Positions 41,022-50,458 are shown, counted from the first letter of the stretch. The stretch is 64,000 nucleotides of DNA from a virus (IMGVR_UViG_3300031992_000007:201481-265480); one strand, 5' to 3'. A program made the numbers and translations. The notes: generated by a model not told the origin, from the letters alone.

Positions 41022-41498
41022 TTATTCTCCTTGTGAAATTTTGGCAATACCTTTGTCTTTAATTGCCTTGATGAGTCTGTCTACAAATGGTGCAAAGCCT
41101 TTTTCTCCTGCAGTCAGGGTTCCCATGTTCTTGTTGACTTGTACAGCAGAGTCGTCGAAGAAACAAATCATCGAACAACCTTTCTCCGATGTAACCGGAA
41201 GTCGTTCTCCAATGTACTGTTCTGTCCAGTCTTGGATGACTTTCTCAACCTGTTCGAAAGTAAGTCCATCCACAGCTCTAGACTCAGCAGAACATCTAGC
41301 CGTGAAAATCTTGCACTGAATACCAACAGCTCTCAGTTTCTTGATAAGGTTGACCATTGCTGATATTGGGTTGCCGATATGCTGCCAACCTTTGAACTCG
41401 GTGTACTCAGCAACAGTCCCGTCTAGATCAAACCCAACCCACCCTTCAGGAAGCTGTTTGGCATTCGACTCTGTTGATATAGAGTATTTAAAGGACAT
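41022..41498 (-). CDS. HAD-superfamily phosphatase with an N-terminal KYSI leader
   Basis: FDLDGT motif I, FTAR motif II, FFDD motif IV. Confidence 0.8.
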   Translation of the reverse strand: MSFKYSISTESNAKQLPEGWVGFDLDGTVAEYTEFKGWQHIGNPISAMVNLIKKLRAVGIQCKIFTARCSAESRAVDGLTFEQVEKVIQDWTEQYIGERLPVTSEKGCSMICFFDDSAVQVNKNMGTLTAGEKGFAPFVDRLIKAIKDKGIAKISQGE

Positions 41499-41520
41499 AA
41501 GATCCTCCTATCATGAAAAT

Positions 41521-41528
41521 CATAAAAT
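41521..41528 (-). promoter_or_regulatory. Late-type promoter motif ATTTTATG
   Basis: CATAAAAT on + also occurs near 1759, 5042, 39917 and 48401 upstream of - strand structural genes, and ATTTTATG near 27397 upstream of a + gene; contains the phiKZ late TATG core. Confidence 0.6.
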
Positions 41529-41536
41529 GTGTTATA

Positions 41537-42377
41537 AGGTGAAGGATGTAATGTCATGACGTATAAGTGGGATGGGAGTCCGACGATACATCCCTACGAG
41601 AACGGTTTACCAAATGCCGCTGCTGTTCGCAAAGAACTAAAATGGCTCTCCAGTTAGAGAGGTGGAATAGAACAACAAGGAAAACATAGACAGGAAGTAA
41701 ATTGTGTTGCTGGTGCGTGGTGGAACTATGGAGGACTTGATTCATATATGAATCAACCACCATGTGGATTGATCGTACACCCTAGGCTCTCCATCAGGAG
41801 GTGGGTTTCTACAAGTGCAGAAACTAACAGAGACGTATGTAAACGTAATAGCTGGCGGACCTCCTGGAACAGCGGGGTATGCACAAGGCATCTATCCGTT
41901 ATTTGACGCATCGGGTTACAATAGGCTAGGAAGGCTCTCCTGAGGTGAGACTGTAAAAGATGCCAGCAAAGAAAACACTTATTACGTTTGTGAACTATGG
42001 AGGATAGATGATTTAGGTCAACCACAAGCACCTGAAGCATATGGACGAGATTGGGCATCTGGTTCAACTATCCTCACCAGGCTCTCCAGGGAGGTGAATA
42101 CAGAAACGCTGCGAATGGAGAAATACAATGGCACTATGTCCCAACTCTCCTTAAGTGGATAAAGACGGATGGAGATTATTGGAAGTACAGTAACAATATG
42201 TCCTACACGGAATGGCTCTCCGCCGGAGGTGAAATATGGTCTTACAACAGTGCCCAGACTCCTGCTGACACTCAGAAGGTTCCTAGTAATGGAACTATGA
42301 GTTCTATAGGGTATTCACACAAACAGTACCCTATTGGCATGGCTGAGAACCTCATATGGAATAAACATAGGCTCTCC
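41537..42377 (+). repeat. Cassette array B: 6 fibre-tip cassettes; the last matches the expressed tip
   Basis: AGGTG at 41537, 41660, 41799, 41943, 42092, 42227; GGCTCTCC at 41644, 41785, 41933, 42080, 42214, 42370; lengths 114, 132, 141, 144, 129, 150 nt, all open. Confidence 0.95.
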
Positions 42378-42391
42378 GAACAAAAAAAGAA

Positions 42392-42409
42392 AGGACCCGC
42401 AAGGGTCCT
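42392..42409 (-). terminator. Terminator hairpin bounding array B
   Basis: AGGACCC-GCAA-GGGTCCT preceded by an A-tract on +. Confidence 0.7.
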
Positions 42410-42435
42410 CCCTCGGGAGAAGCGAAAGCTTCTCC

Positions 42436-43008
42436 TCACCAGTACGAATCGCCGTCATCTTCGGGCGGCATGAGCGACTTGATCATCTTGGAACGGTTGT
42501 TCTCAATACCGTTTCTCCAGCTGATGTACGTCTCTATGACCTTGTCAGCGAGGTCGATAGATATCGCTGTCTGGGTCAACAGCTCGTACGCATTCTCCAA
42601 CTTGAGAGTCGTATCGATCGCGCCTCCGAATATGTCGACGTTGAACGTGGGATGTTCACCGATCTTGCGGATAAGGCACTGCCGCTCTGCAGATCCGTCA
42701 GGGGAATGAATGTTCTTATACTTGAGATCGAAGCCGTTCCTAGACATGGTTTCACCACCAGGATCGTCTCCAAGTTTCTCAGTTATTTTAACATACCTTC
42801 CACCATCGGCAAAGTGCAGTTCGGAGATAGCCGTCCCACCTTCCATCTCAAAGATTTCGCAGAGCTGCGTATAGCAATCCCGTTCCTTCTCCAGGCAAGA
42901 CGTGAGCTTTTCAACCACGATCTTTCCTAGTTCAGGTATACGATTCGTATACTGCTCGTCGAGCTTCTTGATGTTGTCGAGCGCTTCCTTGAACTTGTTG
43001 CTGTCCAT
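42436..43008 (-). CDS. Hypothetical protein (early-type promoter)
   Basis: AAAGGA RBS; GTAATGTATA at 43054. Confidence 0.65.
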   Translation of the reverse strand: MDSNKFKEALDNIKKLDEQYTNRIPELGKIVVEKLTSCLEKERDCYTQLCEIFEMEGGTAISELHFADGGRYVKITEKLGDDPGGETMSRNGFDLKYKNIHSPDGSAERQCLIRKIGEHPTFNVDIFGGAIDTTLKLENAYELLTQTAISIDLADKVIETYISWRNGIENNRSKMIKSLMPPEDDGDSYW

Positions 43009-43159
43009 CGGTTGTTTCCTTTTCTTTAGGGGGTTAATGTTTATGACACCCTAGTAATGTATATCCAACCAGTTTCGATTAACACAAAAAGTAAAGTACC
43101 ACTCTACCTCCCACCCGGGAGGTAGAGCAGCACTAGACTTTGTAGTCAGTCTAAACTGT

Positions 43160-43600
43160 TTAGCTTTCGAGTCCGTTGATGAACGTGAGGAGCTCGAAGA
43201 GAACCTCTTCCGAAGTCCACTTCTGCTTCTGATCGTTCAGCTCCCGGACCGTCGCATCGTTCGACTCCGCGTCGTGGATGTTGTAATCCCCGTTCTTGTT
43301 GAAGGAGAACTGCACCATGATGGAGTCACCCGTCTTCGACACCTCGACCTTCGAGACCCAGGTCATATCGCAGAAGCGAGCTTTGCTGGCACGAAGGCCA
43401 TTGATGCTCACCTCTGGAAGAGACTTTGGATCACACGGAAACTCGACCATTCCGATCGGGTATTCCGCATCGTCGATGACCGCGTAGTTGGATCCCTTGA
43501 ATTGACCCTGCGCGAGCAGGAGACATTCCTCAGGAAGCCCTTTGACCGTTTCCCGCTTGATGTAACGGGGCTGGTTGAATGTTGACTTGAGTGTTTGCAT
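43160..43600 (-). CDS. Hypothetical protein (early-type promoter)
   Basis: 146-aa ORF; TATATTAC upstream on -. Confidence 0.65.
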   Translation of the reverse strand: MQTLKSTFNQPRYIKRETVKGLPEECLLLAQGQFKGSNYAVIDDAEYPIGMVEFPCDPKSLPEVSINGLRASKARFCDMTWVSKVEVSKTGDSIMVQFSFNKNGDYNIHDAESNDATVRELNDQKQKWTSEEVLFELLTFINGLES

Positions 43601-43653
43601 TTGTCTTTACCTACCTTTCTTGATTTGAATTGGTTAGACTAGACTACACCCAA

Positions 43654-43663
43654 GTAATATATA
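43654..43663 (-). promoter_or_regulatory. Early-type promoter motif TATATATTAC
   Basis: Contains the phiKZ early consensus TATATTAC; variants at 2163, 22795, 34777, 43054 and 61453, each upstream of - strand accessory genes. Confidence 0.6.
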
Positions 43664-43683
43664 AACCAACAAAAACGAATGAC

Positions 43684-44571
43684 TTATTTCAGCATCGTTC
43701 CCCTGCATTTGCCAAATTGCTGTTCGCCTCTGATGAAATTGATCAGCTCTTTCATGGTATTGCATTTGTTGACATCATCTACGAGGAAGCCGATATCGAA
43801 GAACTTACATATAGCTGTGGACAATTCGCTACCGACATTAATAGGCCAGTACTTGCCGAAGACTCCCTTGGTCGTATGATTAGTGAACGTACAACCACTA
43901 AGGTTGTACTTCATACACATTTCCTTAAACTTAGAGATGGCGAACTGATAGTTCTCGTCCTTCTCTAGATCAGGGTCAGCTTGTTCGTCTTTCTCTGACT
44001 CTTCGGGCAGGTGAGCTATCACGTCGTTAACTATCCTCTCTATTGCTTCCTTGGTTCCATCCAAGGTTAGCATTTCCAATTTGTATTGACAGTCTTTTCC
44101 TTCTGTAAAGAAGGTGTAGAGATCCTTGGCTATTTGATCTGACTCCTCTTCTGTCTGCAGTCTGCCTTTTGGATTATACTTCTTCTTGCGGTTGAGGAAG
44201 TAGTTCAAATTAGTAAAACTATTAGCTACGTCATAAACTACCCTGTCAAACGAAGCGAAATCTGTAAGAACCTGATGGTCTTTGCACTGCCTCAAGTAGA
44301 AGCTGTTGAGATAGATAGGAGAATCTGTAATAAGAACATCAGCCCCACCTCTACACCTGTTCATCCTGTAGAACTGTTTGCCTAGAAGATAGAGTTGACT
44401 GCCATCCTTGAATGGAGCAGGATTCTCTTCCCAGACTTTGTCCTTAGCGAACTCAGTAATAAGTTCTGCATTGACCCCTTGCCACTTGAGCTCTTCGAAG
44501 ACTCCTGCTGCGATAGTTGACTTACCTGTACCAGGAGCAGCGATAAGGTTGACTACTATTGGCTTAATCAT
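43684..44571 (-). CDS. P-loop kinase/ATPase of NadR-like (AAA_28) type
   Basis: Likely start MIKPIVVNL with AAAGGA RBS; AAPGTGKST, EFAK, ITDSP, GRLQTEEES motifs. Confidence 0.7.
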   Translation of the reverse strand: MIKPIVVNLIAAPGTGKSTIAAGVFEELKWQGVNAELITEFAKDKVWEENPAPFKDGSQLYLLGKQFYRMNRCRGGADVLITDSPIYLNSFYLRQCKDHQVLTDFASFDRVVYDVANSFTNLNYFLNRKKKYNPKGRLQTEEESDQIAKDLYTFFTEGKDCQYKLEMLTLDGTKEAIERIVNDVIAHLPEESEKDEQADPDLEKDENYQFAISKFKEMCMKYNLSGCTFTNHTTKGVFGKYWPINVGSELSTAICKFFDIGFLVDDVNKCNTMKELINFIRGEQQFGKCRGTMLK

Positions 44572-44624
44572 GATGGTTGTTGTCCTTTCTAAAGGAATGT
44601 CTATCGATGGGAAATAAATACTGG

Positions 44625-45904
44625 AGGTGGAATGGGGGCCAAGATAGTGAACGACAGTGGATACGGACCAAGTCATAATTACAATCCATCACCGTGTGAG
44701 TTGTTTTACGATTGGTATTCTGGTTATTACTTTACAGATAAATTAAGGCTCTCCGTGTTGGAGGTGGCGCAGACGAATCACAGGCTTGTTGGTTATGGCG
44801 GGTGTTCGGAAACAATATGGATGAGATTGTACAACCAGGGCTTGCTTCAACATCCACAAGGTTCGAGAAATCAATATCCTACAAAGCTGTAAATAGGCTC
44901 TCCAGAGAGGTGAGACTTCTCAATCCGATATTCGCCAACAACTGTGGGGAACAAACTGCCTTTACGTAATGGGGTACGATAGTAACTATGGAAGAATAGA
45001 GGGATACTACTGGGCACCACGTATTGAATCAGAGCGGGTTAAATATAGGCTCTCCTTTATCAGGAGGTGGAATACAAAATCAATGGAAGGTAGATTACAA
45101 AGAAGAATGCTCTCAAACGTGGTTGATTTGGGCAAATGGAAATTGGTCTAGTGGTGATCCTGGGAATCATGGTAGACAACCGATGGATAATGTAGTAAGG
45201 CTCTCCGCCGGAGGTATACCTAAAATCTCTGAAGAAAAACATGCTCAGTGGATGTTGACAGTGTGGGGCATTAATGGTATAGTTAGAGATAACTGGAGTG
45301 GGTCTAACAATGGCTCTGGGTACCCTAGTCGTAATGAAGATAGGCTCTCCAGTTTGGTATATAGGTGTATACAACCATCATTCGCAAATCTATTACATAT
45401 TTACAGATATTACGACTCCGTACAGAAATTCTGGAGATGTGTATTATGCTGATGAAATTGGATGGCCCTTAGCTACTAGACAAAATAGGCTCTCCAGGTG
45501 AAGCTACGCATCCAAGTGCTATGAACTCAGCATTTGGTTCCACTGGTGGATATGTAAATTCTAACTACACAATATCAGCTGCTACGTTTGAGCAAATATC
45601 GAACTGGCCAAATGATCCTCTATACGTAAGAGATCATAGGCTCTCCGAGGTGAGCGTAGTGGAGGTCAAGTAGCTGGCAACATCGGTCTTACTCTAACAT
45701 CAGGATTTAGTGCATGGGATAAAACATGGAATATCGATATCGTATCGCGACAATATGGGCTCTCCAAAAGGTGATGGAACTAGGATTCATTACTTTCTTG
45801 AAAGTGTTTGGGTAGCCCAGCCATGTCAAGGTCAATTCGACCAAGGCCTGAGATCCGAAGGAAACAACACATATCCAGCTAATGAAAAATACCACTGGCT
45901 CTCC
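44625..45904 (+). repeat. Cassette array C: 9 fibre-tip cassettes
   Basis: GGCTCTCC at 44747, 44896, 45048, 45199, 45343, 45488, 45639, 45758, 45897; each unit starts AGGTG (one AGGTA); lengths 129, 141, 147, 141, 138, 132, 150, 117, 135 nt, all open. Confidence 0.95.
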
Positions 45905-45922
45905 AAAACAAAAAAATAAACC

Positions 45923-45948
45923 CCTACCCCACCGTGAGGCGGGGTAGG
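45923..45948 (-). terminator. Terminator hairpin bounding array C
   Basis: CCTACCCC...GTGA...GGGGTAGG preceded by an A-tract on +. Confidence 0.75.
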
Positions 45949-45983
45949 TGGTTCGTTCAGATATGCATCACTGCAAGTCTTAC

Positions 45984-47309
45984 TTAGGCATTGAGCGCAG
46001 CCTTCTCAGCGGAGAGAATGAGCGCGTTCTTGCCACGGCACCAGTTGAACTGAGCCTGGAGCTGCGAGGTGACCGTAGCCGAGAACTTCTGGATGTCCAT
46101 AGCGAAATTGGCCGTGGCATACATGAAGTTACGGAAGATCCGGTTAGCATCACTCGAGGCCGCGAAACCAGTACCCTCATCACCCGTCTTCTTCATGTCA
46201 TCGGCGATCTTCGAGATCACAGAATCAGACACGACGTCCGGATTGACGTTAGCCCAAACGCTGATGAAGTCCTGGAGCTGCTTGCGCGAGTTCCAGCCGA
46301 GCTGGGTGTTGGAACCCTTCTGCTCGACCTTGGAGATCGTGAGACGAAGCTTTCCAGCCTCGTTAGCATCCCAGTTCGAGTCAACCTTGACGCCAATACC
46401 GAGGTACACTGCCATGACGTCCTTGATCTTGCGGATCTCGGCATACACAGCATTGAGTTCCTTCTCGGCCATAGCCTCAAGGCTACCCTGACCACCATCC
46501 TTCTTGAGCTGCTGTTCGATAGCAAGCCAGCCCTTCTTGGACATAGCTGCGGCAGCAGAAGCCTGACGACGGCAGAACTCCATATCCTTGGCGTAACGCT
46601 TCACTGCCTCAAGCGCACCCTTGTAGGTGCAAGGAGCAGTGTTCGGAGCCGGAGCCGGAGCAACCTCAACCTTGGCGACTTCCTTAGCGGCAGCCTCCTT
46701 CTTAGCCTCAGGAGCAGCCTTAACGGCCTCCTTAAGCTCGGTCTTGGCCTTCTCGGTCTCCTCAGGGGTCGAAGCAGCAACAACCGCGTCAGCCTGCTTC
46801 TCAACACCCGCAGCAGCCGTCGCCTTGGCAGCGGCTTCAGCCTTGGGAGCTTCCGATTTGTTCTTGGTGAAGAGATTCTTCAGCCAGTTCCAGAAGCGAG
46901 AAGCATAGTCCTTGATCTTGGCCCAGAGTTCCGCGAAGAACTTCTTGATCTTCTCCCAAACGCTGTCACCAGCGGCCTCGATAGCCTTCTCCCACTTCTG
47001 GTCGAGAGCCTCAAGAGCCTCTTCGCCCATCGACTCGAGAGACTCGAGCGAGGGAGCCTGGAGATTGAGCGCAGCCTGGAGCGATCCATCCGAATCGAGA
47101 ATGCCGAGCGACTCCTCACCCACACCGAAGGTAGAGATCGTGTCGAGAGCGGTCTGGAGGGACTCCAGAACCATCTCCGCTTCAGCGAGGTTACCCTGGC
47201 AGGTAGCGATGTCAGCAAGAGCAGCATTCATCCCCTCGACAGAGTCAAGGATCGATTCAGCTGCCGGCTTATCGAACGTAGTGGAGCTGATGGAATACTT
47301 AAGTGCCAT
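45984..47309 (-). CDS. phiKZ-like internal head protein paralog
   Basis: Repeated SLE/ALE/AIE sites, then VWEKIKKFFAELWAKIKDYASRFWNWLKNLF. Confidence 0.75.
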   Translation of the reverse strand: MALKYSISSTTFDKPAAESILDSVEGMNAALADIATCQGNLAEAEMVLESLQTALDTISTFGVGEESLGILDSDGSLQAALNLQAPSLESLESMGEEALEALDQKWEKAIEAAGDSVWEKIKKFFAELWAKIKDYASRFWNWLKNLFTKNKSEAPKAEAAAKATAAAGVEKQADAVVAASTPEETEKAKTELKEAVKAAPEAKKEAAAKEVAKVEVAPAPAPNTAPCTYKGALEAVKRYAKDMEFCRRQASAAAAMSKKGWLAIEQQLKKDGGQGSLEAMAEKELNAVYAEIRKIKDVMAVYLGIGVKVDSNWDANEAGKLRLTISKVEQKGSNTQLGWNSRKQLQDFISVWANVNPDVVSDSVISKIADDMKKTGDEGTGFAASSDANRIFRNFMYATANFAMDIQKFSATVTSQLQAQFNWCRGKNALILSAEKAALNA

Positions 47310-47320
47310 ATTCCACCTCC

Positions 47321-48364
47321 TTACTTCGCCAGATCGGGGTTAGCCTTGTTACCCATGTTCGCAAGCGTCACCATCGTGTTCGCAGCGACCGACACCAGCG
47401 TGTTGTAGATGCCGATGTACTGGTTGGCACGAGAGACGTCTTCCTTGCGAGTCTTCGCGAGCTCACCCGGAGCCTTCTTGGCTTCATCGGACGCACCATC
47501 AGCCTTAGCCGCATCTTCAGCAGCCTTGATAGCATCAGCGAACGCCTTGTCGACGCCACTAACAGCTTCCTTGGCCTTGGAGCCAATAGCGCATGCAGCG
47601 AAAGTCTTGGCGATACCGTCGGCCTGGGAAGCCCAGTCACCAACAGAGATCTCCTTCTTCTCGAACACAGTCGCGTAGTCCTCGGACTTCTCGATCTTGT
47701 TGCCCTCACCGAGCTTGAGACCAGCAGCCTTCAGAACCTCAGCGGACGGAGCAGGGAAGGAAGCCTTAGCAGCCGCCTTCACGCAATCGAGGATCGCGTC
47801 AGCAGCCTTAAGAGCAGCACTAACCTGCGCAGGCGAGAGCATCTTCGCCTTCTTGTCCTTGGGAAGGTACTTGAACACGCCCTTCTTCTGAGCCTCGTTG
47901 ACGATACGAACAGCCTTGGCGTTCTTATCGAAGAGCTCCTTGAACCAGCGCTTGATCTTCGCCCAGAGATCCTTGAGGAACTGGACGAGCTTGCCCCAGT
48001 ACTCCGAGAGCTTGCCCTCGAGGCCAGAGACATAGTTTTCCTTGCGGACCTTCTTAACAGCGGCACCGAGAGACTCAATCGCCTCGAGATCGAGGTTCTC
48101 GAGACCGAGAATCTGATCGAGCTCGTTACTGCCATTGAAGACGGCCATCGTAGTCGCCGTCACGCCGAACTTCTCGATCGACTCAACAGCGGACTTGCAG
48201 TTGTCCATCGCCATCTCAACTTCGGCGACACGACCTTCGGCAGCAACGACCTGCTCGTACGCGTCGCTCAGACGGAGGTACGAATCAGTAAGCGCCTCGG
48301 TCGCAGCAGCGAAGTCGAACTTGGAAGCGACAGGCTTCTGCGTAGAACCGATAGAATACTTCAT
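47321..48364 (-). CDS. phiKZ-like internal head protein paralog
   Basis: Likely start MKYSIG; GLE/AIE sites, then YWGKLVQFLKDLWAKIKRWFKELF. Confidence 0.75.
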   Translation of the reverse strand: MKYSIGSTQKPVASKFDFAAATEALTDSYLRLSDAYEQVVAAEGRVAEVEMAMDNCKSAVESIEKFGVTATTMAVFNGSNELDQILGLENLDLEAIESLGAAVKKVRKENYVSGLEGKLSEYWGKLVQFLKDLWAKIKRWFKELFDKNAKAVRIVNEAQKKGVFKYLPKDKKAKMLSPAQVSAALKAADAILDCVKAAAKASFPAPSAEVLKAAGLKLGEGNKIEKSEDYATVFEKKEISVGDWASQADGIAKTFAACAIGSKAKEAVSGVDKAFADAIKAAEDAAKADGASDEAKKAPGELAKTRKEDVSRANQYIGIYNTLVSVAANTMVTLANMGNKANPDLAK

Positions 48365-48431
48365 TTTACTTGTATCCTTATTGTTGTTTGTGCTGACATG
48401 CATAAAATATAGTAGCTATGTACAGCACCGC

Positions 48432-49760
48432 TTAGGGTTGGTTGACATTAGGCACTTCAAACTTGGGTGAAGGAGGCTCCACAACATCCCACCCTTGTTT
48501 CGAATGGTACTGGAATTTGAATCCCAGCAGTTCGAACATCCTGATGAACTTGAAAATATGCTCGTCACTTCCGTTTGCAGCTTTCACCACACTGTAGAGC
48601 AAGAACCTTAGATTTGAAGTGTTGATCAGCATATCACTGTTCTTCCAGATACAAGCACGAATGAAGTCCTGAACTTTACGTCCAACCTTGATGTCAGACA
48701 GATTGTCCAGCACATCCTGCCAGCTATCTGAGTCGGCAAGATCAATGACGGTGTTCTTCTTGGTCTCGGGTGGTTGTTTCGGTTCAGCAGGAGACGGCGT
48801 CTCTGCAGCAGGTTTCTTTTTCAGCATTTCACTAATACGGATGTCATTCCACCTAGATTGGATAATGTCAAATGCACTGTCTAATGATCTAGTCGGAAGA
48901 CACACATACCTGTTGCACTGAAGACGCACCTTGCTCACATCATCTTTGTCAGTGTATAACTTGCAACCGAAGATCAGACCAATGTCATAATCCGATTGGG
49001 TTCTCTTAACAGTATCGGAGAGTGCTTTGATGAGATCGTTACCTGTCATCAAGTAGGTGTAGATGTCATTAGGACTAAATGGTTTCCTTGTGATTTGTAA
49101 ACCATCTTCAATACCAGGCACCTCGCCTATCTGCAAATCCTCAATGTTCTTCTTGATCAGGTAAACTGTCTTGCAGTTATCGTCGATAAAGACAATGGAT
49201 AGCTTGGAGGTATCGAATGTCACTACCTCACAACATCCCTTCTTCAACGTCACGAAGTCGTTAGGATGTCGCATCTCTACTGGTGATACAGTGACCGTGA
49301 ACTTACGATCATCAGGAATAGTTTCATCTTCCTCATTCTCATCAACACTGACAGCTTCCAGGTGCCTCTTGGCTTCTGACAAGGAAGGTTCTACTACATC
49401 AACCTCGAACCAGTATTGCGGCCAGCTAAGAGAACCTTGTTCCTGTTTGGACCAATATAGTCCGTACACTCTGCAGATAGGTGTTCCTTTAAGCTGTTCT
49501 TCTTTAAGATGAGCTATCGAACCTTTGACCAAGTACAGGTCGTTAAGGTAGAAGTGGATCTTGGATCCCTTCTTGATATTGACATCTGTCGTGTAGTGCT
49601 TGATAATGAAAAGTCTGCGATCCTGGGTGATAACTAGTCTAGCATGCGACATCAAGAACGACTCTGTTGTTACATCTCCTAGACCATATACTCTGGTATC
49701 AGGATTGTACGCTTTGACATTAGCGACCCTAAGCTGGGCTCTGTGGGGATCATTAACCAT
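48432..49760 (-). CDS. Hypothetical protein
   Basis: 442-aa ORF with AAGGAG RBS. Confidence 0.65.
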   Translation of the reverse strand: MVNDPHRAQLRVANVKAYNPDTRVYGLGDVTTESFLMSHARLVITQDRRLFIIKHYTTDVNIKKGSKIHFYLNDLYLVKGSIAHLKEEQLKGTPICRVYGLYWSKQEQGSLSWPQYWFEVDVVEPSLSEAKRHLEAVSVDENEEDETIPDDRKFTVTVSPVEMRHPNDFVTLKKGCCEVVTFDTSKLSIVFIDDNCKTVYLIKKNIEDLQIGEVPGIEDGLQITRKPFSPNDIYTYLMTGNDLIKALSDTVKRTQSDYDIGLIFGCKLYTDKDDVSKVRLQCNRYVCLPTRSLDSAFDIIQSRWNDIRISEMLKKKPAAETPSPAEPKQPPETKKNTVIDLADSDSWQDVLDNLSDIKVGRKVQDFIRACIWKNSDMLINTSNLRFLLYSVVKAANGSDEHIFKFIRMFELLGFKFQYHSKQGWDVVEPPSPKFEVPNVNQP

Positions 49761-49831
49761 AGAAAACTCCTTTTTTCAAAAAAGAAAGAGAGGGGCACGG
49801 GCTCCTCTCTTCCACATATCGCGCTTCTTTG

Positions 49832-50458
49832 TTACGATGCATCCTGAGGATCAAGGACAGCACTGGCAGCCTTGTTGAAGATCATGCAGTTGTGCATAAC
49901 CTTGAGAGCTGCGAAGTGAGACTCCTTGTCGATATCACCACACAGTTCACCTATGACAGTGATTGGAGTATTCGGGAACGCCGCTCTCAACACAAGTGCA
50001 TTAGACACAACACAGATGGATGTGCAATAACCGCAAAGAACGATCTCTTCGATGTTCTCCTGGGTCACACAAGCATTGGATCTAATGATACTAACTAGCT
50101 GATCTGTGCCAAATGCCTCCTTCATGATCTGATGTCCACGTGGGATGTTCACAAAGTGCATTGCGTCAGTGGTACGGCTCAAACCTTCGATCAACCGATG
50201 ACCTTCTGTTTTGATGATGCAGTGTTCAATTGGGAGGTTCTTACCTTCGTACGTTTCAGCGTACGCTGTGTGACAACACCCAGCATCCTTGCTCGGATAA
50301 TGTGTGTCGAGAGTAGCGAACATCGCATATCCGCGTTTACGACACTCATTAGCGAACTCGACGATCTTCTGGTGGTTAGGCTCCTCAGGGTAAGCATACG
50401 GAAGAGCGCCTCCCTTCACGAAGTCATTCTGAACATCGATGAATACGACAACTTTCAT
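49832..50458 (-). CDS. pncA: Nicotinamidase (isochorismatase/cysteine hydrolase family)
   Basis: IDVQNDF, DTH, HC, GYCTSICV motifs. Confidence 0.88.
   Translation of the reverse strand: MKVVVFIDVQNDFVKGGALPYAYPEEPNHQKIVEFANECRKRGYAMFATLDTHYPSKDAGCCHTAYAETYEGKNLPIEHCIIKTEGHRLIEGLSRTTDAMHFVNIPRGHQIMKEAFGTDQLVSIIRSNACVTQENIEEIVLCGYCTSICVVSNALVLRAAFPNTPITVIGELCGDIDKESHFAALKVMHNCMIFNKAASAVLDPQDAS

Noticed and set aside
23115-42377. Canonical DGR (single template, A-to-N mutagenesis)
   Set aside because: The repeat pair is 100% identical including adenines, the other 19 units are unrelated in sequence and length, and no RT is in the window. A DGR-derived mechanism remains possible.
42051-42473. 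ORF-track calls over the arrays (33634-33939, 42051-42473, 44632-44892, 44969-45151, 45024-45452, 45298-45501, 45710-45919, 61471-61767)
   Set aside because: They arise from open cassette frames read through linkers, and most lack credible starts.
44572-44676. N-terminal extension of ORF 43684-44676
   Set aside because: It overlaps cassette C1 antisense; the ATG at 44571 has a clear RBS.
44625-45904. CRISPR array interpretation of the regularly spaced repeats
   Set aside because: The constant parts are only 8 nt plus 4-5 nt with variable linkers, the intervening segments are over 100 nt and frame-preserving, and no cas gene is visible.
23094-45904. Shufflon or invertase-type fibre switching
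   Set aside because: Cassettes are distant and all co-oriented, lack the gene's final PLITIG* codons, the expressed one is duplicated rather than moved, and no invertase is seen.
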